A stretch of DNA of 64,000 nucleotides from a virus, in the IMG/VR virus record IMGVR_UViG_3300034152_001291, positions 60,704 to 124,703 of that record. One strand, 5' to 3'. Below the pieces are notes generated by a model that had not been told where the DNA came from, did not search any database, and saw nothing but the letters and a program-made list of their open reading frames with translations. Made by a program: the position numbers and the translations under genes. Every line of letters begins with the position of its first letter. The stretch's first letter is position 1. Of this stretch, positions 29,118 through 38,231 are shown one piece after another.

Positions 29118-32100
29118 CGCCCTCCAGTTCTCAGGTACTCCTCAACCGACATCGTGTCGGGCTCGGATCGGGCCGTCCGATACTGCCGGTAGTCGGAGAC
29201 GTACTTTGACGCCCAGACCCTCTGGGCATCGGACAGCATCGCGACGGAAGGCTTGATTCCGGTCTCGGCCGGAGGGACGGATCCTACCTCGGGAACGTCA
29301 TCGTTGTCCTTCTCGCTCCAGTCGTCGCAGACCTTCACGGATGCGAGAACCGGAACGACGATGTCGAACCAAGGAAGCTCCATGATGTACTTGGTCAGGA
29401 CGGCGATGTCTTCTGCCAGACTCTCCGGCACGTCGAGCATGATCTCGTCGTGAACCTGGAGGACGATCTTGGAATCGCCGAACGCCCCTGACCTCACGAT
29501 GTTCGCGTAGACCGACGAGATGATGCACTTCAAGAAATCGGCCGCGCTTCCCTGGATGATCGAGTTGAAGATCTTACCAGGCTGCACGTCGTCCTTCGGA
29601 TTGAAGTGGCGCTGCCGGCCGGATACGAGCGTGAACTTATGGACACCCCTGAGCCACTGCTCCTCGAGGTCCTCGATCGTCTCGGGGATTTTCACGTACA
29701 GACGCATGAATGCGTTTATGAACTTCGTCGACGATTGAACGTCGTAGCTCATGTCCGGGAGGAAGAGTCCCGCGTACCGTGCGAAGCCTTCGGCACCCAA
29801 GCCGTACATCAACCCGAAATTCAGATTGTTGTGGCCCAGGAGACCTCCTTGGAGATAGAGGTGGTCATCGTTTTCGATGTGAAAATCGTAGACGGTCCGC
29901 CTGCCCGCATCGATGACAAGTCGAACTTCGTCTTCGATCTTTCGAGCCCGCTTACAGACCTTGGCGGCTCGTGCCTCGAGTCTCGCTTTCTTGTTCTGCT
30001 CTCGAAGGGGGATTTCGTCGTTTGCAGTTTCAAACCCGGGAGCAAGAAGATGCAGACGGTAGTACCACCGTCTGTACGTCTTGTTCCATGACGGTTCGAT
30101 GCTTATCGGGCAGCCGATGGATCGGAGCAGAACGGCGATCTGTCCGATGAAGATGGGATCCTTCTGGGTGATGCTCACGTCGACGCCTACCGTCCCATCC
30201 GTGTCTATGAGTCCGGCCAGATAGGCGCAGATGATTCGGCGCCCTCCTTCGACGACCCACCAGGGAACACGCATGTCCTTGTTCCTGCCCTTGACGAGGC
30301 CGAGATCGGCCAGAAGGCGCACGACCGTTCTTGATCCGAGGTAGGTGTATCTGAGATCCCCTGAACGGGAAGGATTCAAGCCGATCTTCTTGCATGCTTC
30401 GCTCACGGTGCATCGCCACGGCGCGTACCTGTCGTCGCTCCCATGGGTGATGCAGCAGGCATGATCATTGGTCATGGACCCATCCCCGTGGAACAAGCCG
30501 GCGAAGTAGGCCCAGTCCTCGTTCAGAGCCAGGGATGCTCCTCGTTCTTCGATTCGTCGGGTGAACGGATTGACGCGAACCGTCCTGGGGTGCGTGTCTC
30601 TGATGATCGGAATTTCCGCGACGGGAATCTTCATGCCCGGCTTGAGATGCCTGGCCTCGATGAGATAGCCGTCCTCGGTTTTCCAGCGGTGGTCGTCCGT
30701 ACAGCATACGACGCCTCTTTTGGTGACGACGATTCTGCACGGCCTGTCGTGTCGGACCAGGCCCTGCCTGGACTTCACGAATCCGCCGCGGCCGTCTGCG
30801 AGGTCGATCGGAGGTATGGATCGGTGTTCGTCGGGCTCGATTCCTACGAGGATCGATTCGATCAATCGAAGCGTCCCGTCGGCGTGGACAATCGTGGAGC
30901 CGTCCAGACATTTTGCCAGCTTCCTTCCGATGTCGAAACCGACGATCTCGGAGACGGCTCGGCGCGTTGTTTCGTGGACGTCACCCGTGTAGTAGAGGAT
31001 GTTGTTGTGGACCGCCCGCTCGCTGTAGATCTTCAGGAAGACAGGGTCCCTCGTTACGTAGGCGATGAGCCTGAGTTCGATCTGGGAGAGGTCGGCACAG
31101 ATGAGCTTCCGCCCTTTCGCCGCGTTGAACACCCACCGAATCTTCGGGCCTAGGCCCTGGATCCTCTCGTCGTATTCCTTCGGTTTCTTCCGCGACGGGA
31201 TATTCTGGAGGTTCGGGTTGCTCGAGGAGGCGCGGCCCGTGACGGCCCCCACCGGGTTGAACCTGGCGAAGATCCGATGTTCCGGGTCCTGGAGGGATCT
31301 CTCGAGCAGTTTCACGACGTAGGTCGACCGCAACTTCGTGATCGACCTGTAGTTCAGGATCGCCTGGGCGATCGGGTGCTTGAGCCTCGATAAGATGTGG
31401 ACGTTCGTCTTGCGCTTTCCGCCGCTGTAGTCCGGGAGCCGGAGAACGTCATAGAGGATGTGCCCGACCTGGTCGGTCGAGTTGGGGTTGAACTCCGTGT
31501 GGGCGAGGTTGAACAGGTCCGCCTCGAATTCCTCGATCAGAGGATCGAAGACCGCGTCGAGTTCCTGGAGACGCTCGGGCTCCACGTGGATGCCGGCAGC
31601 CTCCATCGCAGCGGCGCCGAAGACCGACTGGATCTCCCGCTCGGCCCAGTCGGGGATCCCCTCCTCGTAGATCCTGTTTCGGCAGTAGTAGTAGAGCCGC
31701 AGGGTTTGCTTGGCGTCGTCACAGGCGTAGGTCCTCTTGTCCCGGTCGGCCTCGGCTCTCAGGTGGACGATCGATCCCTGAAGGTCGTCGATTTGGTTTT
31801 GGATCTTCTCGCGGAGTGCCTCCCGCACCTGCTCCCCGTACCCGCTCTCCACGTAGAGATCGATCTTTTCCTTGAGGTTCGCGATCTTCTCGCGGTTCTC
31901 TTTTTTCCGGGCGTTGTACTTGCTCTTGAGCTCCGCGAGAAGCCGCCGTCTTTCGGCCTCTCCCTCTTTCCTCAGACGGTCGTCGATCTCGCCCTTCTGC
32001 CTCTCGGCGTCTGCGATGACGCGCTCGGCAGCCTGCATCTGCCGGATAGCGTTCGAGTAGAGGAATGCCTCCTCGTACTCGACCATGTCGTGCCGGAAGA

Positions 32101-32497
32101 CCTTCTTCACGAGAAATTTCAGGCCGTGGGGAATCTCCTCGTTCAGGAGCCAGGAGAGTACCAGAGTGTCAATGACCTTGGCTCTCACCTGATGGATGTC
32201 GTAGATGCCGCGGTGGTGGAGAACTCTGAGGTCGAACTGGACGATGTTGTGGCCGACGACCCGGAGACCGGGATTGGCCAGGCACTGCCTGGTGAAGTCC
32301 ACGGCCTCCGGTGTCGGGTCCACGGCGATGGAGTAGTAGTCGCTCCCCCGTCCCGCCGCAAGGGCGATGAGCTCGAGATGGGCCTTGCGGGGGTTCTTGC
32401 TTTCCTTGGGATCTTCCCCGGGGGGAGCTTTGGTCTCGAGGTCGATCGAGACGACCCCGTGGCGTTCGATTCTTTTTCTGAGCTCTCCGAACTTCAT
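29114..32497 (-). CDS. polA: Family A DNA polymerase with 3'-5' exonuclease, intein in motif B
   Basis: ExoI DLET, ExoII HNIVQFD, ExoIII YACDDA; TGRASS..PNLQN; motif A DLSQIELR; motif B RKLAK|NLNFGLMYG; motif C VHDE. Confidence 0.95.
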   Translation of the reverse strand: MKFGELRKRIERHGVVSIDLETKAPPGEDPKESKNPRKAHLELIALAAGRGSDYYSIAVDPTPEAVDFTRQCLANPGLRVVGHNIVQFDLRVLHHRGIYDIHQVRAKVIDTLVLSWLLNEEIPHGLKFLVKKVFRHDMVEYEEAFLYSNAIRQMQAAERVIADAERQKGEIDDRLRKEGEAERRRLLAELKSKYNARKKENREKIANLKEKIDLYVESGYGEQVREALREKIQNQIDDLQGSIVHLRAEADRDKRTYACDDAKQTLRLYYYCRNRIYEEGIPDWAEREIQSVFGAAAMEAAGIHVEPERLQELDAVFDPLIEEFEADLFNLAHTEFNPNSTDQVGHILYDVLRLPDYSGGKRKTNVHILSRLKHPIAQAILNYRSITKLRSTYVVKLLERSLQDPEHRIFARFNPVGAVTGRASSSNPNLQNIPSRKKPKEYDERIQGLGPKIRWVFNAAKGRKLICADLSQIELRLIAYVTRDPVFLKIYSERAVHNNILYYTGDVHETTRRAVSEIVGFDIGRKLAKCLDGSTIVHADGTLRLIESILVGIEPDEHRSIPPIDLADGRGGFVKSRQGLVRHDRPCRIVVTKRGVVCCTDDHRWKTEDGYLIEARHLKPGMKIPVAEIPIIRDTHPRTVRVNPFTRRIEERGASLALNEDWAYFAGLFHGDGSMTNDHACCITHGSDDRYAPWRCTVSEACKKIGLNPSRSGDLRYTYLGSRTVVRLLADLGLVKGRNKDMRVPWWVVEGGRRIICAYLAGLIDTDGTVGVDVSITQKDPIFIGQIAVLLRSIGCPISIEPSWNKTYRRWYYRLHLLAPGFETANDEIPLREQNKKARLEARAAKVCKRARKIEDEVRLVIDAGRRTVYDFHIENDDHLYLQGGLLGHNNLNFGLMYGLGAEGFARYAGLFLPDMSYDVQSSTKFINAFMRLYVKIPETIEDLEEQWLRGVHKFTLVSGRQRHFNPKDDVQPGKIFNSIIQGSAADFLKCIISSVYANIVRSGAFGDSKIVLQVHDEIMLDVPESLAEDIAVLTKYIMELPWFDIVVPVLASVKVCDDWSEKDNDDVPEVGSVPPAETGIKPSVAMLSDAQRVWASKYVSDYRQYRTARSEPDTMSVEEYLRTGGR
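29828..30910 (-). mobile_element. Intein (361 aa) with LAGLIDADG endonuclease, in PolA
   Basis: CLDGST...CTDDHRW...AGLFHGDG...LAGLIDTDG...VYDF...GHN; +1 residue is Asn. Confidence 0.92.
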
Positions 32498-32506
32498 CGC
32501 TCCTCG

Positions 32507-34066
32507 TTAGAGAGGTTTCTGTTCGAACGGGTTGTAGGCATTCGACTCGTTCAGGTCTTCCAGGTCCTCGATGGAGGGCTGGCCCTGCATCTGGGTGGGC
32601 GTGGGGGCCTGCTGAGGCATCTGGCCCTGCTGGGGCTGTTGCTGCCCCTGGGAGGTCTGGAACATGGTCCCACGGGGCCCTGCCATATTGGCAGAGGAGG
32701 GACCGGCCTGCTGGCCGAACTGCGGCTGGGCGGGGCCGAATCCTTGCGCGTGGGCGGGCGCAGGCCGCTGCTGGGACTGGTTCTGGCCCTGGAAGGACTG
32801 GTTGCCGGGGCCGGGGCCCTGAAAACCGCTCTGAGGGGCAAAACCTTGTTGACCCTGGTCGACATTCTGCCCGAACCCGGGCCCGGAGAGTCCTTGCTGG
32901 GTCGGCTGTTGGCCGAAGGGATTCTGCCCCGTCTGCGGCCTCTGCTGAGGCTGGAAGCCCTGCTGGGACTGGGGGCCCTGCGGGGACTGCTGGAAGCCGC
33001 CCTGGCTCTGCTGCTGAGGGTTCTGGGAGAAGCCGCCTTGGCTCTGCTGCTGGAAACCCTGCTGGGAACCGCCCTGGAACATCGTCCCCCTGGAGCTCTG
33101 GGCCTGGTTCATGGGGCGGCCGAAGACCTCGAGAGCGCCATCCTCGGAGTAGGTCCACCGCCCGCCGGTGTCGTGGGTGTTGCAGAGGTTGATGTGGGTC
33201 GTCAGGATCTGCTTCAGGGATTCATCGTCCATCAGAGGCCACCCCTGCTCCAGATCGGGGATCTGGTTGAGGAGGGGCTGGCAGTTCGCCGGATTCTCGT
33301 AGCCCCTGAAGATCCAGGAGTCTCCGATTCTCGGCGTCCGGTCCCCCTGCGAGCGGCTGACCGAGAAGCGCGCGAACTGGCGCGTCGAGCGCCCGCCGGT
33401 CTGGCTCGCGTAGGCGTCGATGCTCTTCCCGATGTGGGCGAGCGTCCCGCTGTCGGAGCAGACGAGCAGCCGGATCATGTAGGAATACTGTTGGCCGCTG
33501 ATGATGGCGGGTCGGAGGTCGACGACCGGCCAGACCATGTAGAAGCGGGGGTCCCGCGTCAGGACCTTGCAGACCGGACACGGACGACCCTGGGGATTCC
33601 GGATGTACTGGGTCCCGTCGGCGCTGAGCATCCAGTAGACGCACCGAACGGTCTCGACATCGGGGAAGCTGTGCCCGCCGGCCTGGACCCACTTGCGGAA
33701 GACCTCATGGGCCAGGATTCTGCTGCCCTCCGTCAGGAGGATGAGGTCGGTGCTCTGTCCTTTCTTGAGGTAGAAGTCCCGGAGGTTCCCCCTGAGCCTC
33801 CAGATCTGGTTCCAGATCGCGCTGCCAGTCGAGACGTTGCGTCGCTTCGACTCCTCGCTTGCCGCCAGCATCGCTTGGGTCTCGGGGGACACCTGGGCCT
33901 GGGTCGAGAACTGCGGGCCGCCCTGCTGGGGTTGCGGGCCGCCCTGCTGGAACTGCCCGGCCTGCTGGAACTGACCTCCCTGCGGAGAGCCGTGTCCCTG
34001 GAACTGGCCCTGCTGATTCGGAAAGGGCTGGCCCTGTCCGAAGCTCTGGTTGGGATTTCCGTTCAT
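32507..34066 (-). CDS. Probable ssDNA-binding protein with long Gln/Gly-rich arms
   Basis: Central domain with H..C..CPVC and aromatic-rich strands, acidic C-terminal tip; between primase and polymerase. Confidence 0.55.
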   Translation of the reverse strand: MNGNPNQSFGQGQPFPNQQGQFQGHGSPQGGQFQQAGQFQQGGPQPQQGGPQFSTQAQVSPETQAMLAASEESKRRNVSTGSAIWNQIWRLRGNLRDFYLKKGQSTDLILLTEGSRILAHEVFRKWVQAGGHSFPDVETVRCVYWMLSADGTQYIRNPQGRPCPVCKVLTRDPRFYMVWPVVDLRPAIISGQQYSYMIRLLVCSDSGTLAHIGKSIDAYASQTGGRSTRQFARFSVSRSQGDRTPRIGDSWIFRGYENPANCQPLLNQIPDLEQGWPLMDDESLKQILTTHINLCNTHDTGGRWTYSEDGALEVFGRPMNQAQSSRGTMFQGGSQQGFQQQSQGGFSQNPQQQSQGGFQQSPQGPQSQQGFQPQQRPQTGQNPFGQQPTQQGLSGPGFGQNVDQGQQGFAPQSGFQGPGPGNQSFQGQNQSQQRPAPAHAQGFGPAQPQFGQQAGPSSANMAGPRGTMFQTSQGQQQPQQGQMPQQAPTPTQMQGQPSIEDLEDLNESNAYNPFEQKPL

Positions 34067-34074
34067 GTCTCCTC

Positions 34075-35070
34075 CTAAAATCCTAAGAGGTTCCTGAGAT
34101 CGTCCTTGGTCATCAGTTTGGGGTCCTTCGGAGGAACGATGTTCTGCGCCGCGACTCCATGAGCTACGAGCTCCTTCACGACTGTCGTTGCGGCGTTCTG
34201 CCCCTCTTGATCCGGATCGAGCATGACGTACACCACTCTCGGGGCCGCCTGGATGATCTTCCGGATCTTGCTCTTACCCAGGAAAAGTCCGATGAGGGCG
34301 ACTGCTCTTTCTCCCAGAGACAGGAAGTGCGCTGCGTCGAACGAGCCCTCGTGTACGAAGAGCCGCTCGCCCCTGGCGTAGTCGAGGAGGTGCTCTCCGT
34401 AGAGAAAGTGGCCCGAACTGAATTTGAAGAACGTCCCGTACTTCGCTCGTTTTCCCTCACGCTGGAGCGGTCGGTACTGGGCGCCGACGCATATCGTCCG
34501 TCCCTGAATTCTCGAAAGAACCGGGATGAGGACGGCATTCCTGATCTCGTAGGGTTCCTTGTCGTACCGGTAGCGGGTGGCCTGCTCGATCCACGAAAAT
34601 TTGAGCCAGCGAGCCACGCCGATCGGGACGCCTTTCGACTCGATGAACGAGACGCCTTCCGGCGGGATCCCCGTTCGGAAATACTGGGTCAGTTCGTTGT
34701 TGTAGTTGTTGATCTTGACTTTCTTTTCGACCTTCGGAGCAGGCGGCCTCGCCTTCCGGGTCTCGTCCTCGATCGTTCGGCTCGTGTCGAGGAGATTCAG
34801 AACCGCTCCCTGTGTGAGCGCGTTCAGGTCTTCCAGGGCGGTGACGAATTTCTTCCTGTAGCCGCAGGCGAAGCACTTCACGGAGGACGGTCCGTCCGGG
34901 CATATGTATGCGGTCATGGAAGGAGAGCGGTCATCTCCGTCGTCGTGGCGGTAGGCGGCCATGAAGCAGGAGAACTTGAAGTGGCTCTCCCCGGATTCGT
35001 GAATGTGACTCCTGATGATTCCGAGGTTCCGGAGTCCCTCGAGAATCGAGTACAGAGAATTTCGGTCCAT
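34075..35070 (-). CDS. DNA primase (zinc finger + TOPRIM)
   Basis: C....H.D.SPS...CFACG; EGSFDA; LDPDQEG. Confidence 0.85.
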   Translation of the reverse strand: MDRNSLYSILEGLRNLGIIRSHIHESGESHFKFSCFMAAYRHDDGDDRSPSMTAYICPDGPSSVKCFACGYRKKFVTALEDLNALTQGAVLNLLDTSRTIEDETRKARPPAPKVEKKVKINNYNNELTQYFRTGIPPEGVSFIESKGVPIGVARWLKFSWIEQATRYRYDKEPYEIRNAVLIPVLSRIQGRTICVGAQYRPLQREGKRAKYGTFFKFSSGHFLYGEHLLDYARGERLFVHEGSFDAAHFLSLGERAVALIGLFLGKSKIRKIIQAAPRVVYVMLDPDQEGQNAATTVVKELVAHGVAAQNIVPPKDPKLMTKDDLRNLLGF

Positions 35071-35078
35071 GAGACTTC

Positions 35079-38000
35079 CTATCCGCATGTTCCTTCCGTG
35101 AACAGACAGACCGCACACCTCTTGCAGGTTCCGTTGACCCGGATCATGAGGCTTCCGCATTGAGGACAGACGTCGCCGAGCGTTTGGGAGTTCGTTTCCG
35201 GCGCGGGATTTTTCTTGGGCATCTTTTCCTGGGAGGAGGTGCCTCCGCCGAGAAGTGCCGAGGACTCCTCGTCGAACTGCGCGAGGAACTTGAAGATGTA
35301 ATCCACCACCGAGGAGGCGCTGCGGATGTTGTCGTTGTCGGTCCAGCCCTTGGGGTCGAAGTTCATGTCGATCATCTTCTCGACGTAGACGATCAGCGGA
35401 ATTTGGTGCTGAAGGCCGATGCTGACGGACAGGGAAAGCGCCTCGAGAAGGCCGCGGAGAGACGAACCCTGCTTGGCCATGGAGACGAAGATCTCCCCGA
35501 CCTTCCTGTCTTCGGGGTAGAACCCCACGTCGAGGTAGCACTTCGACATGCCGAGTCTGAACGCGTGGTTGATCGCCGGGCGCGTCCTGGGAAGCTTCTT
35601 CTTCTGGGATCGGACCAGGTACTCGCCGGGAGATCCCGCGGCGGCCTTGCCCGCACCGCTGATGGGTTGATGGACTTTCGATCCGTCCCGGTAGACCGTG
35701 ATGCCTTTCAGCCCGAGCTTCCAGGACCGGACGATCAGACGCCGGAACTCTTCCTTGATCGTGTCCTTCGGGCATCCGATCGTGTTGGAGATCCCACCCG
35801 AGACGAATCCCTGGACGGCCGCAAGCATGAGAAGATGTCCATCCGAAGAGATGACCCTCTTCCCTTTGCCGTTAGGATAGGTCGTGTCGAAGACCGCCAG
35901 ATCCGTCTCCTTCAGGCCCGGCGCACCCTCGATCATGTGGTGGGTCTTGACGTGTTCGAGGATCTTCTCCTTCTCGAGGTCCTCGTAGCCCAAGGCGTCC
36001 AGGCCGAGAGGGATGGAGGTCAGCGGCATGAAGAGATGGCCGCCGTCCACGAGGGTCTTCTCGGTTGTCAGCCAGAAGCCGGCTTCGATTCCCGTGGTCG
36101 CGCAGTCCATCATGATCGACACGGTTCCCGTGGGCGCCATGAGTGTGACCTGGGAGTTGCGCACGCCGGATTTCGGGGCCCGCTTGAGGATCTCTTCCCA
36201 GATCTCCCTGGCCTTGTCGAGGAGGCTGCCGATCTCCGTCCCTTCGCGGGCGATCATATCGCTGACCTTCTCAGCGTGCATCTTGAGGACCCTGATCACA
36301 TCGCGCCTGTTCGAGGTGAACGACTCGAAGGGTCCGAGAGTCTCCGCCATGTCGATCGACGTGAGATAGGCCGCGCCCGTCATGAGCGCCGAGATCGTTC
36401 CCGCCCAGTTCCTCGCCTCGGGTGAGTCGTAAGGGAGACCCATCGACATGACGAGGCCGCCGAGGTTCGCGAAGTTCAATCCGAGCGGCCGGATCTTGTG
36501 GGAGTTCTCGGTGATCTCCGGGGTGGGGTACCCGCACAGGTCGACCAGGATGTCCTGGGCGATCAGCATGAGCCGCACGGCCTGGCTGAATTCCATCTCG
36601 AAGAAGAGGCCCTCCGGCAGCTCGAAGAACGCCATGAGGTTGATGGAGGCGAGATTGCACGCGGAGTCCGGGATCGAAAAGAACTCGCCGCAAGGGTTCG
36701 AGCTCAGGATTTCCCCCTCCTTCGGCACCGTGTGCCACTCGTTGATCGTGGAGTGGAACTGGATTCCCGGATCACCGCAGAAGTGCATGTTGCTGATGAT
36801 GCTGTCGAGGATCTTGTCAGCCTTGTGGGTGGCGACGGCGGCGCCGCTGATCACGGATTGGAGAGGCCACTCCCTTCCTTCGATCGCGGCCTTCATGAAG
36901 TCGTCGCTGAGACCGACGCTGAGGTTGGCGTTCTGACCGCGCACCGTCCGGTAGGCCTCGTCCGGCGTGTAGCCGGCCATGACGAGGCTTCGGGCCTTGC
37001 GCTCTTCCTGAGCCTTGAAGGAGATGAAGTCCGATCCGTCTTCCTTTCCGTTGTAGACGTCGGGGTGCCAGATGTCCAGGCGCTGGAGCTTCGAGGCTCT
37101 GCGCAGGATTCCCCCCGAGCGGATCACTCCCGCCCAGGCGTCGTATCCCAGGAAGAAGGACATAGGGCCCGACGCAAAGCCGCCTTTGGACAGGGGGTGG
37201 CCCGCCTCTCTCAGGGTGGAGAGGTTGACGCCGGAACCGGAGCCGCGGCTGAAGATTTTGACCTCGCTTCTCTGGATATCGGAGATGCTTTCGAGGTTGT
37301 CTTCGATCCCGAGGATGAAGCAGTTGTGAACAAGCACCCCCTCGCTGAGGTACCTACCGCTGCGCGTCTGTATGTCGTAAACCTTCTGCTCGCCCACCGA
37401 ATGAACGCCCACGATCTCTGGAAAGCGGATCTCCGGGCACTTCTTTCCCGGCAACCCGATGGAACGAAACAGCGCATGCGGATAAAGCCGCATCACCATC
37501 CCTGGCCGCAGACGATCGACCCTCTGCCATTCGATGCGTTTCGTTCGTCTGGAGGCATGGGCGCACACAAGATGGTCGGCGGTCGCCTCAACGCTGGTCC
37601 CGTCGCTCAGGTCGATGCGGAACACGGGCTTCGTCCCGTTGCACTTCACCGCGACAACCTGCGTCAGGCCATCGCCGTCATACACCGAAAGACCGATGAT
37701 GTTCTTGTCGACGATCTCGCCAATCGGCATAGGCCCCCTGGCGGTCGTAACCCTCGCATGATAGGGCTGGCAAGCCGACCCCTGGGGCTTGTCCATCGCC
37801 CCGACGTTGAAGAAGACCGGGGAGCTGAAGGCGGCCCGCTGACCGACGAGGAGGGCCTTGATCTCGTGGTTGAAGATCTCGGCATTCTTCTCATCGAAAT
37901 AACCTCCCTCGATTCCCTTCGCCGTGATCGTGTCGACGACCCTGTCGAACAGGGCCTTTATGCTGGCTTCCCGGCCGGGCTGGTTGAGGTGGCCCCGGAA

Positions 38001-38231
38001 GTATTTGGAGGCCGCGATGAATGCCGCTCGATCGCTCCACGCGGCTGGGACCTCTACGTCTTTCTGCTCGAAGACGATCTTCTCCTTGGTCCGGTGGACG
38101 ATGTCTCGCCTTTCCCAGGTGACCGCGTCGTAGGGGTGGACGGCTCGTCCGTCTCCGAGATTCCTCGTGAAGATACGATCGATCCGCAAGCCTTTCGACT
38201 TTCCTGGTTTCCTGCGAGCGTTTTTCTTCAT
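35079..38231 (-). CDS. nrdJ: Class II (B12-dependent) ribonucleotide reductase with mini-intein
   Basis: SP.FFN, SA|CF, NPCGE, CNLASINL, APTGT, YRDGSK, C-terminal TSCPD-like region and Zn ribbon. Confidence 0.93.
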   Translation of the reverse strand: MKKNARRKPGKSKGLRIDRIFTRNLGDGRAVHPYDAVTWERRDIVHRTKEKIVFEQKDVEVPAAWSDRAAFIAASKYFRGHLNQPGREASIKALFDRVVDTITAKGIEGGYFDEKNAEIFNHEIKALLVGQRAAFSSPVFFNVGAMDKPQGSACQPYHARVTTARGPMPIGEIVDKNIIGLSVYDGDGLTQVVAVKCNGTKPVFRIDLSDGTSVEATADHLVCAHASRRTKRIEWQRVDRLRPGMVMRLYPHALFRSIGLPGKKCPEIRFPEIVGVHSVGEQKVYDIQTRSGRYLSEGVLVHNCFILGIEDNLESISDIQRSEVKIFSRGSGSGVNLSTLREAGHPLSKGGFASGPMSFFLGYDAWAGVIRSGGILRRASKLQRLDIWHPDVYNGKEDGSDFISFKAQEERKARSLVMAGYTPDEAYRTVRGQNANLSVGLSDDFMKAAIEGREWPLQSVISGAAVATHKADKILDSIISNMHFCGDPGIQFHSTINEWHTVPKEGEILSSNPCGEFFSIPDSACNLASINLMAFFELPEGLFFEMEFSQAVRLMLIAQDILVDLCGYPTPEITENSHKIRPLGLNFANLGGLVMSMGLPYDSPEARNWAGTISALMTGAAYLTSIDMAETLGPFESFTSNRRDVIRVLKMHAEKVSDMIAREGTEIGSLLDKAREIWEEILKRAPKSGVRNSQVTLMAPTGTVSIMMDCATTGIEAGFWLTTEKTLVDGGHLFMPLTSIPLGLDALGYEDLEKEKILEHVKTHHMIEGAPGLKETDLAVFDTTYPNGKGKRVISSDGHLLMLAAVQGFVSGGISNTIGCPKDTIKEEFRRLIVRSWKLGLKGITVYRDGSKVHQPISGAGKAAAGSPGEYLVRSQKKKLPRTRPAINHAFRLGMSKCYLDVGFYPEDRKVGEIFVSMAKQGSSLRGLLEALSLSVSIGLQHQIPLIVYVEKMIDMNFDPKGWTDNDNIRSASSVVDYIFKFLAQFDEESSALLGGGTSSQEKMPKKNPAPETNSQTLGDVCPQCGSLMIRVNGTCKRCAVCLFTEGTCG
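37323..37772 (-). mobile_element. Mini-intein (150 aa, no endonuclease) in NrdJ
   Basis: CQPYHARV...ATADH...VYDIQT...VLVHN followed by Cys. Confidence 0.92.
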
